64,000 nucleotides of DNA from an uncultured Actinomycetota bacterium (GCA_963769435.1 CAVYLN010000002.1:1201109-1265108); one strand, 5' to 3'. Counted from the first letter of the stretch, positions 9,941 to 20,719 are shown. Notes: generated by a model from the sequence alone, not told the origin. Numbers and translations are program-made.

Positions 9941-10990
9941 TCAGCGGATCCTGCGTGACACGGCGGTCTTGGTCGACTCCAGAACGACCGCGAACCGCAC
10001 CACCTCCCGCGTGTACGGGTTGCGGCCGGACAGCACCACCCCGCCGGGCAGCTCATTCACCGCGATCTTCACCTCGTGGCCACGGTTGGCGGCCTTGACC
10101 GCGCGGTTGGCTGCGGTCTGCAGACCGCCGAGAGTCCGTCGACCCTCGAGGCTGCCCGCGAGGTACCGGATGTCGGTGACCAGCGCCGCCGCATCTGTGG
10201 CACGGATCCACTGACGCTGGCCGACCACCTTGGATGCGACCGGCCTGGCCACCCGGGGCCGCGTGTAGAACCAGCGCGCGTAGTTGTCCACGTCAACCCC
10301 GAGCCGTCTGCTTCGCAGTTGGGTGAAACCCTCCCGGATCAGCCCGTCCCGGACCTGCACACTCGACTGCACGCGAACCCGGCCGCCGATGTCGTCGAGG
10401 GTGTAGTCGAGGGTCCAGACGGTCCTGTCGCCCTCGACCACCTGATCCACCGTCGCCAGTGCCGCGGGTTCCAACAGATGCGACGCGCAACGCTGCGGCT
10501 GGGCGGGCACGGTGGAGGAGTCGAGGTCGACGAAACGGTCGGGGGCCAGGAGGTCCGTGCGCAGGTACTGCCGGAAGGATCGACTCGGGACGACCCCGAA
10601 CTGCCCTTTGGTGAGGACCCAGGGACGCCTGGAGTGCCCCAGGTAGCGTGCCGCCTGCTCGATCTGGGCGCGGCGCAGGCGGGCGTCCAGGACGAATCCG
10701 CTGCGGTCGAACGTACCCAGCCCGCGCTGCATCACCGAGGGCCACCCGCTGTCCGACACACGTCCGCGGACTGGGTCATAGCGCTGTACCTGGACCACCG
10801 GTTTGTTCGGCCCGTTGCGCAGGCGCACCGTCCCGCCGGCCAGGAAGGCGTCCCGGGACGCCTCGCAGATCCCGTTGAGCTGGTCCACCGCACTGTCGAG
10901 CGGGACCGGTTCGGCGGCCGCGGGCCCAGCGGTCATCAGACAGGCTGCGGCTGCCAGCACCCCCACAGCTCTCACACCCAGCCTCCTCAT
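9941..10990 (-). CDS. Secreted protein, unknown function (paralog of 22310..23281)
   Basis: Start chosen at MRRLGVRAVGVLAAAACLMTAGPAAAEP (signal peptide). The longer ORF-track start at 11287 overlaps the ABC gene and is Arg-rich. Confidence 0.7.
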   Translation of the reverse strand: MRRLGVRAVGVLAAAACLMTAGPAAAEPVPLDSAVDQLNGICEASRDAFLAGGTVRLRNGPNKPVVQVQRYDPVRGRVSDSGWPSVMQRGLGTFDRSGFVLDARLRRAQIEQAARYLGHSRRPWVLTKGQFGVVPSRSFRQYLRTDLLAPDRFVDLDSSTVPAQPQRCASHLLEPAALATVDQVVEGDRTVWTLDYTLDDIGGRVRVQSSVQVRDGLIREGFTQLRSRRLGVDVDNYARWFYTRPRVARPVASKVVGQRQWIRATDAAALVTDIRYLAGSLEGRRTLGGLQTAANRAVKAANRGHEVKIAVNELPGGVVLSGRNPYTREVVRFAVVLESTKTAVSRRIR

Positions 10991-11060
10991 GGGGTCACAG
11001 TGCCCCGGACACCAGTGTGCGCCCTGCGGCCCCGGCGTCGTGCACCGGACACGGGATCGG

Positions 11061-12827
11061 TCACACCTCCGACAGGAAGCCACCTGACTGGTGCGCCCAC
11101 AACGACGCGTACACCCCGTGGGCGGCCAGCAGATCCCGATGGCTGCCCTGCTCGATGATCCGGCCGGCATCCATGACGAGGATGCGGTCCATCGCCTGGA
11201 TCGTCGACAGCCGGTGCGCGATGACCAATGTCGTCCGGCCGGCCATGGCCTGCGCCAGCGCCCGCTGGATGTGCACCTCGCTCTCACTGTCGAGGGCGCT
11301 TGTCGCCTCGTCGAGCACCAGGATCCGGGCGTCCTTGAGGATGGCCCGCGCGATGGCGATACGTTGCCGCTGGCCGCCGGAGAGCTTCACCCCCCGCTCC
11401 CCGACGAGGGTGTCGAATCCGTCCGGGAGCGATTCGATGAACTCCAGGGCATAGGCCCGGCGGGCAGCATCGATCACCTGCTCCTGCGTGGCTCCCGGCA
11501 ACCCGTAGGCGATGTTCTCGCGCAGGGAGCGGTGGAACAGCAGCGGTTCTTGCGGCACGTACGAGATCTGCCTGCGCAGACTGCGCTGCCGGACCGCGGC
11601 GATGTCCTGCCCATCGATGCGGATCTGCCCGGAGCCGAGGTCGGAGAACCTCAGCAACAGCCGGGTCAGCGTGGTCTTGCCGCTTCCCGACTGCCCGACC
11701 AGCCCGACCTTCTCTCCGGGCCGGACCGTCAGGTCGAAGTGCGCGAACAAGGGCTCATCGTGCTGGTCGTCGTGCCCGAACGTGATGTCATCGATCTCGA
11801 TCAGACCCCGCGAGACCACCAGATCCGCCTCGTGGTGGTCGCGGACACTGGCCGGCAGGTGCAGGATCTCCACCATCTCGTGGGCATCACCGATCACCTT
11901 GTTGTAGTTGCGGATGACCTCGTTGATCGACCACAACTGACCGGTCACCGTGAGGGTGTAGGTGACCGCGAGGTAGATCGCGCCGATGTCGACGACGTCG
12001 TACTGCGACGCCAGGACCGCCGCGGCCACGGCTCCGGTGTTGATCACCGTGATCACCGACGCGTAGCCGGCGCTGAACTTGAGGAAGGAACGCATCACGT
12101 CGAGGTCGCGGGCGGTGCGGATCTCCGCGACCTCACTGGCCGCCTCCCGCTCGTCGGGCTCGGAACCCTGCGCCTTGACCGCCGCGATGTTCGTCATGAC
12201 GTCGGCCAGGAAGCCCGTCATACGGTTCGCCGCGTGCGCCTCCGCAACCGTGAGGTCCTTCATCCGGCGGGTCGCCAGGAACACCAGCCCGACGAACGCC
12301 ATGGACATGACGAACAGGAACACCGCGTACGGCCACATCACGAAGGCCAGGACCGCGGTCGCGACCACGATCCCGGTCAGGATCGGCATGAGCGCCCAGA
12401 CGAGCGTGTCCCAGAACATCTCGAACGCGCCGATCAGTTTGTTCGTCTGGGACACCAGTGCCCCGCTGAACCGGTTGGCGTGGAAGGCAACGCTCTGGTC
12501 GGTGAGATGGTCGAAGATCCGCTGGAACAACAACTGCATCCCGCGGACCTCCATGGTCCACGTCGCCCACAGCACGAGTCGCCAGCCGATCACCGTCCCC
12601 ACGATCTGGCTGGCCAGGTAGCCGGCCACCAGTGGCCAGGAGTTCTGCCACGTGACCTCGTCGCGCTGGATCTGGTTGAGCAGCAAGGAGATCACGTACG
12701 GGCCGAAGAACTGCCCGATCCCCACCGCGAAGACCGGCCCGAGGATCGCAACGAAGCGCCGCCCAGGGGTCAGCGCCGCGGCGTCCCAGAACAGGCGCAG
12801 CGTCGTGGTGGAGGTGGAGACGGCCAT
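11061..12827 (-). CDS. ABC transporter, fused permease/ATP-binding exporter (MsbA-like)
   Basis: N-terminal 6-TM domain. Walker A GQSGSGKTT, signature LSGGQRQR, Walker B ILVLDEATSALD. Start taken at ATG 12827 (MAVSTSTTTLRLF). Confidence 0.9.
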   Translation of the reverse strand: MAVSTSTTTLRLFWDAAALTPGRRFVAILGPVFAVGIGQFFGPYVISLLLNQIQRDEVTWQNSWPLVAGYLASQIVGTVIGWRLVLWATWTMEVRGMQLLFQRIFDHLTDQSVAFHANRFSGALVSQTNKLIGAFEMFWDTLVWALMPILTGIVVATAVLAFVMWPYAVFLFVMSMAFVGLVFLATRRMKDLTVAEAHAANRMTGFLADVMTNIAAVKAQGSEPDEREAASEVAEIRTARDLDVMRSFLKFSAGYASVITVINTGAVAAAVLASQYDVVDIGAIYLAVTYTLTVTGQLWSINEVIRNYNKVIGDAHEMVEILHLPASVRDHHEADLVVSRGLIEIDDITFGHDDQHDEPLFAHFDLTVRPGEKVGLVGQSGSGKTTLTRLLLRFSDLGSGQIRIDGQDIAAVRQRSLRRQISYVPQEPLLFHRSLRENIAYGLPGATQEQVIDAARRAYALEFIESLPDGFDTLVGERGVKLSGGQRQRIAIARAILKDARILVLDEATSALDSESEVHIQRALAQAMAGRTTLVIAHRLSTIQAMDRILVMDAGRIIEQGSHRDLLAAHGVYASLWAHQSGGFLSEV

Positions 12828-12962
12828 CGTCCAATGTTCGCAGCAGGGGGATACAGCGCTCCACCGGGTTTTTCCGCCGCCTTTGGGTGAGGATCCGACC
12901 ACTCCCGGGTCATATCTTCACCACAAGCACCGTCGTGCCACACTTCCTTGCGGAGGCCAAAC

Positions 12963-13550
12963 ATGAGTGCTGATGAGTTCCTGGACCGGGTGATGCCGCA
13001 CGTCGCGGATCTCAACACCGAAAGGTTCAGCCACGCGTCGTGGCGACACGAGAAGCGGCCGACCTCGGAGGGGGTCGGGCTGCTGCCGAACCCGGACACC
13101 GACGTCGAGTTGATGGTCGCGCACATCCTGGATGTCGAGGCGTACACCGACAACGTCAAGTACGTCGAGGGGATCGACGTCGTGGAACGCCGCTCGGACA
13201 CCGACGTCACCTACGTGCAGCACATGAACCTTCCCCTGCTGGGGCGCATCCAGGTCCAGATCAACCTCTCCGACTACGGCACGCGCGACGGTTTCCGGGT
13301 CGTGGCGTGGGACCAGGACGACGAGGGCACCGATGCGCTCGACAAGAAGCACGGAGCCCGGACCGCCTACAACCTCGGGGCCTGGCTACTGGCCGACGAT
13401 GCGGTCGGCTACGCCCTGTCCTCCGCCCCTCGCAAGAGTGACGTCGGGACCTTGAAATACATGGCGATGACCAAGGGCGCTGACGCGACGGCCGGCGAGG
13501 TGCTCAAGCAGAACATCCAGGGCATGATCGCCTGGGCCCACCGCGGCTGA
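12963..13550 (+). CDS. Hypothetical protein (possibly SRPBCC/START-like)
   Basis: 195-aa ORF from ATG 12963 (MSADEFLDRV) with good codon bias; no diagnostic motif. Confidence 0.55.
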   Translation: MSADEFLDRVMPHVADLNTERFSHASWRHEKRPTSEGVGLLPNPDTDVELMVAHILDVEAYTDNVKYVEGIDVVERRSDTDVTYVQHMNLPLLGRIQVQINLSDYGTRDGFRVVAWDQDDEGTDALDKKHGARTAYNLGAWLLADDAVGYALSSAPRKSDVGTLKYMAMTKGADATAGEVLKQNIQGMIAWAHRG

Positions 13551-13570
13551 GAGGTCGCCCGGGCACCGAC

Positions 13571-14155
13571 TCAGGACGCGATGAGCTTACCCAGTCGCTT
13601 CAACTGGAATGCCCGGATCACGTCGGTGACCCCCTGCAGCATCGCCCAGATGCCCGCGAAGACCAGCAGGATGTAGACCCGCTCGAAGAAGAACTGCCCG
13701 GCGACCCAGAACGCCAGCACGAACATGATGATCCCGGACAGCAGACCGAGCCACCACAGGTCGTTGTCGGGCCGGGTCGCGAACGCCTCGATCACCCAGA
13801 AGATCGCGACCAGCAGGAACAGGAAGCCCAGGGAGTCGGCCAGCGCCGCGGTCGTGGCTCCGGGGTTGAACAGCGCCCAGAGTCCGGCGAGCACGAACAG
13901 CACCCCGAAGATGATCCACAGCCACTTCCAGCCGTCGACGACGGCTGCGATCACGAACTGCTGCATCCCGGTGAACAGGAACATGGCGCCCACGATCACC
14001 CCGACGGTGGCCACCGACGCCGCGTCGAGTTGCAGGATCACGATGGCGATGAAGAACCAGAGCACCCCCGTCACCAGGCTCAGCCACCAGAGTCTGCTCA
14101 TGGCGCCCAGCGTCTCGCGCGCCTCGGCCCGGGTCTCCGCATCCATTTCAGACAT
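13571..14155 (-). CDS. HdeD/DUF308 family membrane protein
   Basis: Start MSEMDAETRA at 14155. Repeated DUF308-type TM pairs (WWLSLVTGVLWFFIAIV, WLWIIFGVLFVLAGLWALF, WWLGLLSGIIMFVLAFW). Confidence 0.75.
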   Translation of the reverse strand: MSEMDAETRAEARETLGAMSRLWWLSLVTGVLWFFIAIVILQLDAASVATVGVIVGAMFLFTGMQQFVIAAVVDGWKWLWIIFGVLFVLAGLWALFNPGATTAALADSLGFLFLLVAIFWVIEAFATRPDNDLWWLGLLSGIIMFVLAFWVAGQFFFERVYILLVFAGIWAMLQGVTDVIRAFQLKRLGKLIAS

Positions 14156-14183
14156 TCTGGTCCTCCTGTCGACGTCACCAGTC

Positions 14184-15591
14184 CTACCAGCCGGAGGCCG
14201 CCACCTCGATGCGACCCGCCGCAGCGGCCGCCTGCATGGCCGCGAAGTCCTGGGCGTTCTGGTCGGCGTACGCCTCGGCGTACGCGGCCAGGAGACGGTC
14301 GAGGGTGTCGCTGGTGCCGAGGTACCCCGCCAGCGCGACGCGGTCCCCCGAGCGGCAATGCGCACGTGCCAGGGTCCAGCCGCACATCCGCGCATAGATG
14401 TCCATGGCGGCATCGTCCATGGTCTGCAGGTCGGCGGACTCCTTCCAGTCCCACATCTGGCGGACGTAGAAGTCCACGTGCTGACCACGGACTTCCACCT
14501 GCGTCCAGCCCAGCATGATGTCGCTGGAGGCCTGCATCACCCGCTGACCTTCGACGACCCGTTGACCGTGGTGTGTCGTCCGGGAGCGGCCGAGGTACTT
14601 CTCAAGGACCGACGCCTCGGCCTGCTTGATCTGCAGCATCAGGACATCGCTCTCGTCCTGATCCGCCATCAGGAGCATGACCCAGCAGCGGGTGCCCACG
14701 CTTCCCACCCCGACCACCTTGCGGGCGAGGTCGACGACGCGATACCCGGACAGCAGAACCCGCCGGTCGGACAACAGACTCCGGCGGTAGGACACGAGCG
14801 CCGCCTGCGCCGCCTGCTGGAACGTCGCCGCGTCCTGGCCGTCCAGCAGTTCCTCGAAGGGCACCATGAAGGGCGGGCTGCTGTCGAACGTGATGTTGCC
14901 GTCGGCGTCGGTGGTCGTCAGTTTCTGCAGGGCGCGTTCGCTGGTCTTCGTCCTCGCCTTGGCCACCGTCTTCTGGAAGGACTTGTTCAGCTTCTTCCCC
15001 GCCGCGCCCCCGAACTCCCGCTCGATGTCCTCGGCGGTCAAGTCGCGAGTACCACACGTCGAGCCGGGACATCCTGGAGAACTTCTGGACGCTCTCCCGG
15101 TAGGTCCGCACCACACGTGCCGTGATCCGCGCCCGTGTCGCCTCGTCGAATCCCCGTGCACGACCCGCCACGGCGAAACTGGCGACGAGTCGCTTGAGAT
15201 CCCACTCGAAGGGCCCCGGCAACGTCTCGTCGAAGTCGTTGACGTCGAACACGAACGTGCGCTCGGCCGACGCGTATCCGCCGAAGTTCGCCAGGTGTGC
15301 GTCGCCGGCGAGTTGCACCGTCAGGTGGGTGTGGTCGCTGTACGACAGGTCGCTGGCCATCACCGCCGCCGCGCCGCGGTAGAAGGCGAACTCCGACGAG
15401 AGCATCCGCGCGTATCGCACCGGCACCAGATCTGCGACGCGGGAGTCACCCTGATCGATGAGGATCTGGACCGGATCGCGACGGTCCGCTGGCGGTTCCC
15501 ATCGCGCGAGGCTCTCGCGGGGTACCCGGCTTCGGACCTCCCTGCCCGCGGCGCGGCGCTGCTTGCGCCCCTCGGATTCGTTGTCAGCCAC
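14184..15591 (-). pseudogene. DUF2252 domain-containing protein with one frameshift near 15045 (or assembly indel)
   Basis: The N-terminal part (MADNESEGRKQRRAAGRE...RLDVWYSRLD) is in the frame of ORF 14602..15591. The C-terminal part (LTAEDIEREFGG...AAAAGRIEVAASGW) is in the frame of ORF 14184..15161. Length is 1408 nt. Confidence 0.75.
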
Positions 15592-15697
15592 TGTCGACCC
15601 CTTCCTTCGCGCGCCAGCCTAGGGGTTGGCGCCGACGTTTGGCGCGGGTCGGATAGCACTGTGACGCCCCGGCCGGTACAGGCCTGCGCTGCGGATC

Positions 15698-16573
15698 TCA
15701 GCCGCCGGATGCGCCGACCTGCAGGCCCTGCAGGACCTCGAACTCGTCCAGACCGCTGGGCAGGTTGTAGACGCCCTTGCGAAGACGCGTGGGTAGCGCG
15801 TCGAGTTGGCGGTTCGCGGCCTGCCTGCCGGCTTCGATCGCGCTGGCCGGGTCGGCGAAGTCCAGCAACCGCCCGCCGCTGGTCGACAGCACAACCACCG
15901 GCACCTTGGTGGCGATGCGCACCAGTGCATTCACCGCCTGTCCCCGGATCTGGTGTGCGTAGGACAGAGCACCCACTTCCCACCAGCGGTAGCCGGCGAC
16001 GACGTCGGGCGACACCGCGGAGTGCCCCGTGTCCAGCACGACGACCGTCCGGGTCTCGGACGGGATCGCCTGCAGTGGCATACCGGCGACCAGCCCGCCG
16101 TCGATCAACTGCGAGCCTGCGATGTCCACCGGCGGGAACACCCCCGGGATCGCGCAGGAGGCCATGACCGCCTCCGCCAGATCGCCGGAATCGATCACCA
16201 CCTCCGCACCGGTTTCCAGGTCGGTACAGGATGCAGTCAGTGGCACCGGGAGTTCCTCGAAGGTCGCGGGCAGCAGTTGCGACAAGCGATCTCTCACCTG
16301 CTTCTCCTGTTTGCGGGCCTGCCTGGTGGTCAGCCCGCGGGCGATCGCGCGCATCGGGCTGTCCAGGATCTCGTCGTGGATCCACAGCCAGAACTCGGTC
16401 ATCTCCTCGATGCTGCGGCCGGCGGCCAGCGCTGCCGCGTTGACCGCGCCCAACGAACTCCCGGCCACATGGTCGGCGACGATCCCGCGCTGGGCCAGCA
16501 CCTCGAGCATCCCCACCTGAGCGGGCGTTCGCCCCAGACCGAACGTGGTCACGACGCTGATAGGACTCTTCAC
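15698..16573 (-). CDS. Patatin-like phospholipase
   Basis: GxSxG nucleophile (GSSLG), catalytic Asp motif DGG (LIDGGLV), ASCAIPGVFPP block. GTGA start/stop overlap with the upstream patatin gene. Confidence 0.85.
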   Translation of the reverse strand: MKSPISVVTTFGLGRTPAQVGMLEVLAQRGIVADHVAGSSLGAVNAAALAAGRSIEEMTEFWLWIHDEILDSPMRAIARGLTTRQARKQEKQVRDRLSQLLPATFEELPVPLTASCTDLETGAEVVIDSGDLAEAVMASCAIPGVFPPVDIAGSQLIDGGLVAGMPLQAIPSETRTVVVLDTGHSAVSPDVVAGYRWWEVGALSYAHQIRGQAVNALVRIATKVPVVVLSTSGGRLLDFADPASAIEAGRQAANRQLDALPTRLRKGVYNLPSGLDEFEVLQGLQVGASGG

Positions 16574-17545
16574 GACGGCACCTCCTGGAGCATCGGCCGC
16601 AGTTCAGCGGTGACCCCGGGGTCGTCGGAGCGCGCCCATAGTCCCGAACGCAGGCGCCGGCGCTTGTGGATGGCCAGGTCGGCGAGGAAGGACAGGCCCA
16701 TCGTGTAGCCGGACGAGCCCGCCCGCATCGTGTCGCGGAATTCCAGCGATCCCCCGAGGTCGTGGGGAGTGGGCAGCAACAGGACGGGCAACTCCCGGGC
16801 CACTTCCCGCAGTTGCCGGCGACGCTGGCTGGAGGCCATGATGCCCGCGACCCGTCCGATCACCCGGGCCGGTGACGCACCCACCTCGGCGGGCTTGCGA
16901 GCCCCGGTGTCGAGCACGACGATGCTGCCGGCGCCACGCTGCATCGCCTGGATGGCGGGAAGATTCGCGGACGCGAGGCCGTCGACGTACAGACGGCCGT
17001 CCAACTCCACCGGGGTGAGGACACCGGGGATGGCTGAGGAGGCCAAGCAGGCTCTCGATGAGTGGGCCGCGGTCGAAGACGTGCGGGCGGCCGGTGGCCA
17101 GATCGGTTGCGACGGCCGCGAAGGGCACCTCGAGGTCCTCGATCCGGCCGGTCCGCAGGATCGAGCGCAGCGTGGCCTCCTGGGTGTCGTTGGACAGCAT
17201 TCCCGGAGCCCGCATCTGGGTCATGCCACGGGTCAGCCACTTGTCCCCCACCAGGAAACTCATGTTGAGCTGACCCCACACGTAGGCGATCCGGTGCACG
17301 CCCGAGGCGAAGTCCTCGGCCAGAATCGAGCCCGTCAACGCCCCCGCGGAGGTGCCGATGATCGCGTCGGGCTCCAGGTCGGTCTGGCTGAGTGCCTGCA
17401 ACGCACCCCACTGCACCGCCCCGTGGGAGCCGCCACCGGCCATGACGTAGACGACCGGCTTCGGCAACAGGCGCGCGATGGGTATCCGGTCACCCGCGGA
17501 CCGTTGCTCCGCCGAGCGTGGACCCGGCACATCCATCTCCACCAC
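16570..17545 (-). pseudogene. Patatin-like phospholipase with one frameshift near 17046 (or assembly indel)
   Basis: GGGSHG oxyanion motif and GTSAG nucleophile are in frame 1. ASSAIPGVLTPVELDGRLYVDG continues in frame 2, and the junction reads LIESLL/ASSAIPGV. Length is 976 nt. Confidence 0.8.
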
Positions 17546-17589
17546 AGTTCAGGTTTAGCGCACTGCGACCCCTTGACGCCGCCGGTGGC

Positions 17590-18963
17590 TCACCCGGCCA
17601 ACGCACTGAGTTCGGCAAGCCCCGATTCGATTCCCGCGGCCAGTACCTCGACATCGGGCACCCGGTCGTAGTCGGCGGTGATGCCGCAACAGATCTGTCC
17701 GTTGTAGGACACGATCGCGACGGTGATCAACTGGTTCATCCCCAGCGGCACGTATCCGAGCATCCGCTGCAAGGGCCTGCCGAGCATGTACAACTGCTTC
17801 TGCGGCCCGGGCACGTTAGTGGTGATCGTCGCCACCGCAGGCTGGGGCGTGCGGGCCGCCAACCTACCCGCCGCCGCGTAGAGCGCCGGCGGCACGAAGA
17901 CCGCGTTCTCAAGTAACGAATCCAGACCCTCGACGGTCCCGCTGCGCTTCGCGCTGGCCATCTGCTGGCGTATGGCTTCGTAGCGGGTCAACGGGTTGGC
18001 CAGTCCCACCGGCATGTCCGCGAACATGACGGCCACCTCGTTCCCACCCTTCGGAGCGTCCTGCGGCCGCGTCGACACCGGCACCATCGTGCGCACGAAC
18101 GCGTGCTCGGGCAGGCTCGGTTCGCGTCCCAGCAGGAACTCCCGGTACCCCGCGGTGATGGCTGCGAGGATGACGTCGTTGACGGTGCCGCCGAGCGCCG
18201 TCTTGACGCGTTTCACCTCATCGAGGTCACCGTCCGCCCAGGCCCAACGCCGATGCGGACCGGGCTGCCCGAGCAGGTGGTCCTCGGTGTGGGCCAGGGT
18301 CTCCCCGATCCGCAGAGTCCCGACCACGGCAGCCGCAGCGCTCATGACCGCATCCCGGGGCGACCCGAGATCGGCGGCCAGATGTCGCAGTCGACCCAGT
18401 GGATTGCGCACCGTGTCCACCAGCGCCCCCGAGATCACCTCCACGGCGCTCGGCGGCGGGGAGGGCTGCCACGATGACGGTTCGGTCTCGGCAACCTCGG
18501 GGGACTCGTCGAGGATCGTCTCCATGATGTCCGCACCGGACAGGCCGTCGACCATCGCGTGGTGGACCTTGTTGAGGATGGCGAAGCGGTCGTCGGCCAA
18601 GCCCTCGATCAGCCACATCTCCCACAACGGCCGGTGCATGTCGAGCCGATGCCCCAGCAGCCGGCCAGCCAGCGCCCGTAGTTGCTCCCGGTCCCCCGGG
18701 TGCGGGACCGCGGTGTGACGGACGTGGTATTCGAGGTTGAAGTGCACGTCGTCCTGCCACGTGGGCATTCCGAGGTTCAGCGGCACCTCGCGGATCACCT
18801 GGCGGTACCTCGGCAACCTGTCCAGGCGCCCGGCCACGTGCGCGAGGAGGTCCGGGTAGTCCGGCGCGGGGCCTTCGAAGATGAGCAGTGACCCGATGTG
18901 CATGGGCAGGTTGTCCCGTTCCAGCACGACGAAGGTGTCGTCCAGCACGCTGAGTCTGTCCAC
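17590..18963 (-). CDS. Wax ester synthase/diacylglycerol acyltransferase (WS/DGAT)
   Basis: 457 aa. HHxxxDG active site (HHAMVDGLSG). Typical N-terminus LSVLDDTFVVLERDNLPMHIGSLLIFEG. Confidence 0.9.
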   Translation of the reverse strand: MDRLSVLDDTFVVLERDNLPMHIGSLLIFEGPAPDYPDLLAHVAGRLDRLPRYRQVIREVPLNLGMPTWQDDVHFNLEYHVRHTAVPHPGDREQLRALAGRLLGHRLDMHRPLWEMWLIEGLADDRFAILNKVHHAMVDGLSGADIMETILDESPEVAETEPSSWQPSPPPSAVEVISGALVDTVRNPLGRLRHLAADLGSPRDAVMSAAAAVVGTLRIGETLAHTEDHLLGQPGPHRRWAWADGDLDEVKRVKTALGGTVNDVILAAITAGYREFLLGREPSLPEHAFVRTMVPVSTRPQDAPKGGNEVAVMFADMPVGLANPLTRYEAIRQQMASAKRSGTVEGLDSLLENAVFVPPALYAAAGRLAARTPQPAVATITTNVPGPQKQLYMLGRPLQRMLGYVPLGMNQLITVAIVSYNGQICCGITADYDRVPDVEVLAAGIESGLAELSALAG

Positions 18964-19040
18964 ACCGCCAGCCTAGGTCGGGGGGTGCTCTTCGCGCTCG
19001 GTCTTCGGCGATGCCCACGCAAGAGACATCGCGACCGCAA

Positions 19041-20669
19041 CTACGCCGGGCCGACCCGTGGCACGACGGTCCGCAGCACCACCGCGGAGTCGGGGAACAG
19101 GGTGGTTCGGCCCGCGCCGACGGCCACCTGCCCGGTCTCGACGAGCAGGTCGCCGGAGTAGCGCACCGTGGTGGGCGCCTCGCCCAGGTTCGCGAGCACG
19201 ATCAGATCGTTGCGCCGGTAGCCGAGCACACCGGGCGGGAGTGCTTCGAGCAGGGCCAGCGAGCCCTCCCGCAGCGACGGGCTCTCGCGGCGCAGGGCGA
19301 ACAACCGGCGGTAGAGGTTCAGCATCGAATCGGGCTGCTCATCCTCGGCCGCCACGTTGACGCTGCGGTGGTCCGGGTTGACCGGCAGCCAGGGCTGCAC
19401 CCCTGGTGGGCAGAACCCCGCGTTCACGCCGCCGTCCCATTGCATGGGGGTGCGCATCTCATCCCGGTTGAGGCGTTCGGGCATGCGGTCGGTGATGAAC
19501 TGTGGCACCCGCCGGTAGACGGTGGCGGCCACCGGGTCCAGGGCGTCCTTGAACCGCAACGGGGTGTTGCTCATCCCGATCTCCTGACCCATGTACACCG
19601 TGGGCACCCCGCGCAGGGTCAGCAGGATCACCGCCAGGACGCGGGCCTTGTTCCGGTCGCCACCCACCCGGTCGATCGTCCGGGACCGGTCGTGGTTCTC
19701 GAGCACGTAGGTGGGTTGCTGCGGCGCGGGGAAGTTCCGCTCGAAATCCGCGATCGTGCGCGTGAACCATTCGGCGTCGTAGGAGTAGGTCAGGAAGTCG
19801 AAGAGGAAGACGAGATTCAGGCCGTCATCGTCACCGAGGAAAGCGCGCAGGACCTTCGCCGGTCCGAACACCTCGCCCAGGAGCACCCGGTCGCCCGGGT
19901 ACTCGTCGACCACTGCGCGCAGCTCTTTGGCCAGGCGGATGTTGTCCGGGGTGTTCTCCGTGTGGATCCGCTCGGTGAGCCGCGGGAAGCCGTTGTACAT
20001 CCGCGGACGCACCGGGTTGTTGGTCAGGGCCGGGTCCTTCATGATCGTCCCGAAGATGTCCAGCCGGAAGCCGTCCACCCCCTTGTCCAGCCAGAAACGG
20101 ACCGAGCCGAACATCGCTTCCTTGACCGCGGGATTGCGCCAGTTGAGGTCGGGCTGGAACGGCAGGAACGAGCACAGGTACCACTGCTTGCGGATGGGGC
20201 TGTACTGCCAGGCCGACGTGAACTCCATCGCCGACTTCCAGTTGTTCGGGGGGCGCTTGCCGTGTTTCCCGCGGCCATCGGCCCAGATGTACCAGTCGGC
20301 CTTCGGGTTGGTCCGCGACGACCGCGAGCGCTGGAACCACGGGTGCTGGTCGGAGGTGTGGTTGAGGACCAGGTCGAACATCACCCGCAGGCCACGCGCG
20401 TGGGCCTCGTCGATCAGGCGCTGCGCGTCCTGGAGGGTGCCGTACTCGGGCGCCACGTCCTCGTAGTCCGTGACGTCGTAGCCGAAGTCCATCTGCGGAC
20501 TCGCGAAGAACGGCGACACCCACACCGTCTCCGCGCCGAGGTCCTTGATGTAGTCCAGTCGGTCGATGATGCCGGGCAGGTCCCCGACACCATCGCCGTC
20601 GGAGTCCGCGAAGGAGCGCGGGTAGACCTGATAGATGCTGGTGGACTGCCACCACGGCGACTCGGGCAC
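19041..20669 (-). CDS. GH13 alpha-glucosidase / oligo-1,6-glucosidase-like
   Basis: PWWQSTSIYQVYPRSFADSDGDGVGDLPGI, GFRLDI and NHD motifs. Start set at GTG 20669 (VPESPWWQ); the ORF-track start 20738 would read through the repeat motif. Confidence 0.85.
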   Translation of the reverse strand: MPESPWWQSTSIYQVYPRSFADSDGDGVGDLPGIIDRLDYIKDLGAETVWVSPFFASPQMDFGYDVTDYEDVAPEYGTLQDAQRLIDEAHARGLRVMFDLVLNHTSDQHPWFQRSRSSRTNPKADWYIWADGRGKHGKRPPNNWKSAMEFTSAWQYSPIRKQWYLCSFLPFQPDLNWRNPAVKEAMFGSVRFWLDKGVDGFRLDIFGTIMKDPALTNNPVRPRMYNGFPRLTERIHTENTPDNIRLAKELRAVVDEYPGDRVLLGEVFGPAKVLRAFLGDDDGLNLVFLFDFLTYSYDAEWFTRTIADFERNFPAPQQPTYVLENHDRSRTIDRVGGDRNKARVLAVILLTLRGVPTVYMGQEIGMSNTPLRFKDALDPVAATVYRRVPQFITDRMPERLNRDEMRTPMQWDGGVNAGFCPPGVQPWLPVNPDHRSVNVAAEDEQPDSMLNLYRRLFALRRESPSLREGSLALLEALPPGVLGYRRNDLIVLANLGEAPTTVRYSGDLLVETGQVAVGAGRTTLFPDSAVVLRTVVPRVGPA

Positions 20670-20719
20670 GTCTGCGATTCTGCTCCGGCCCGTCCCGGCA
20701 CCGCAACGCGGCGTCCCCT

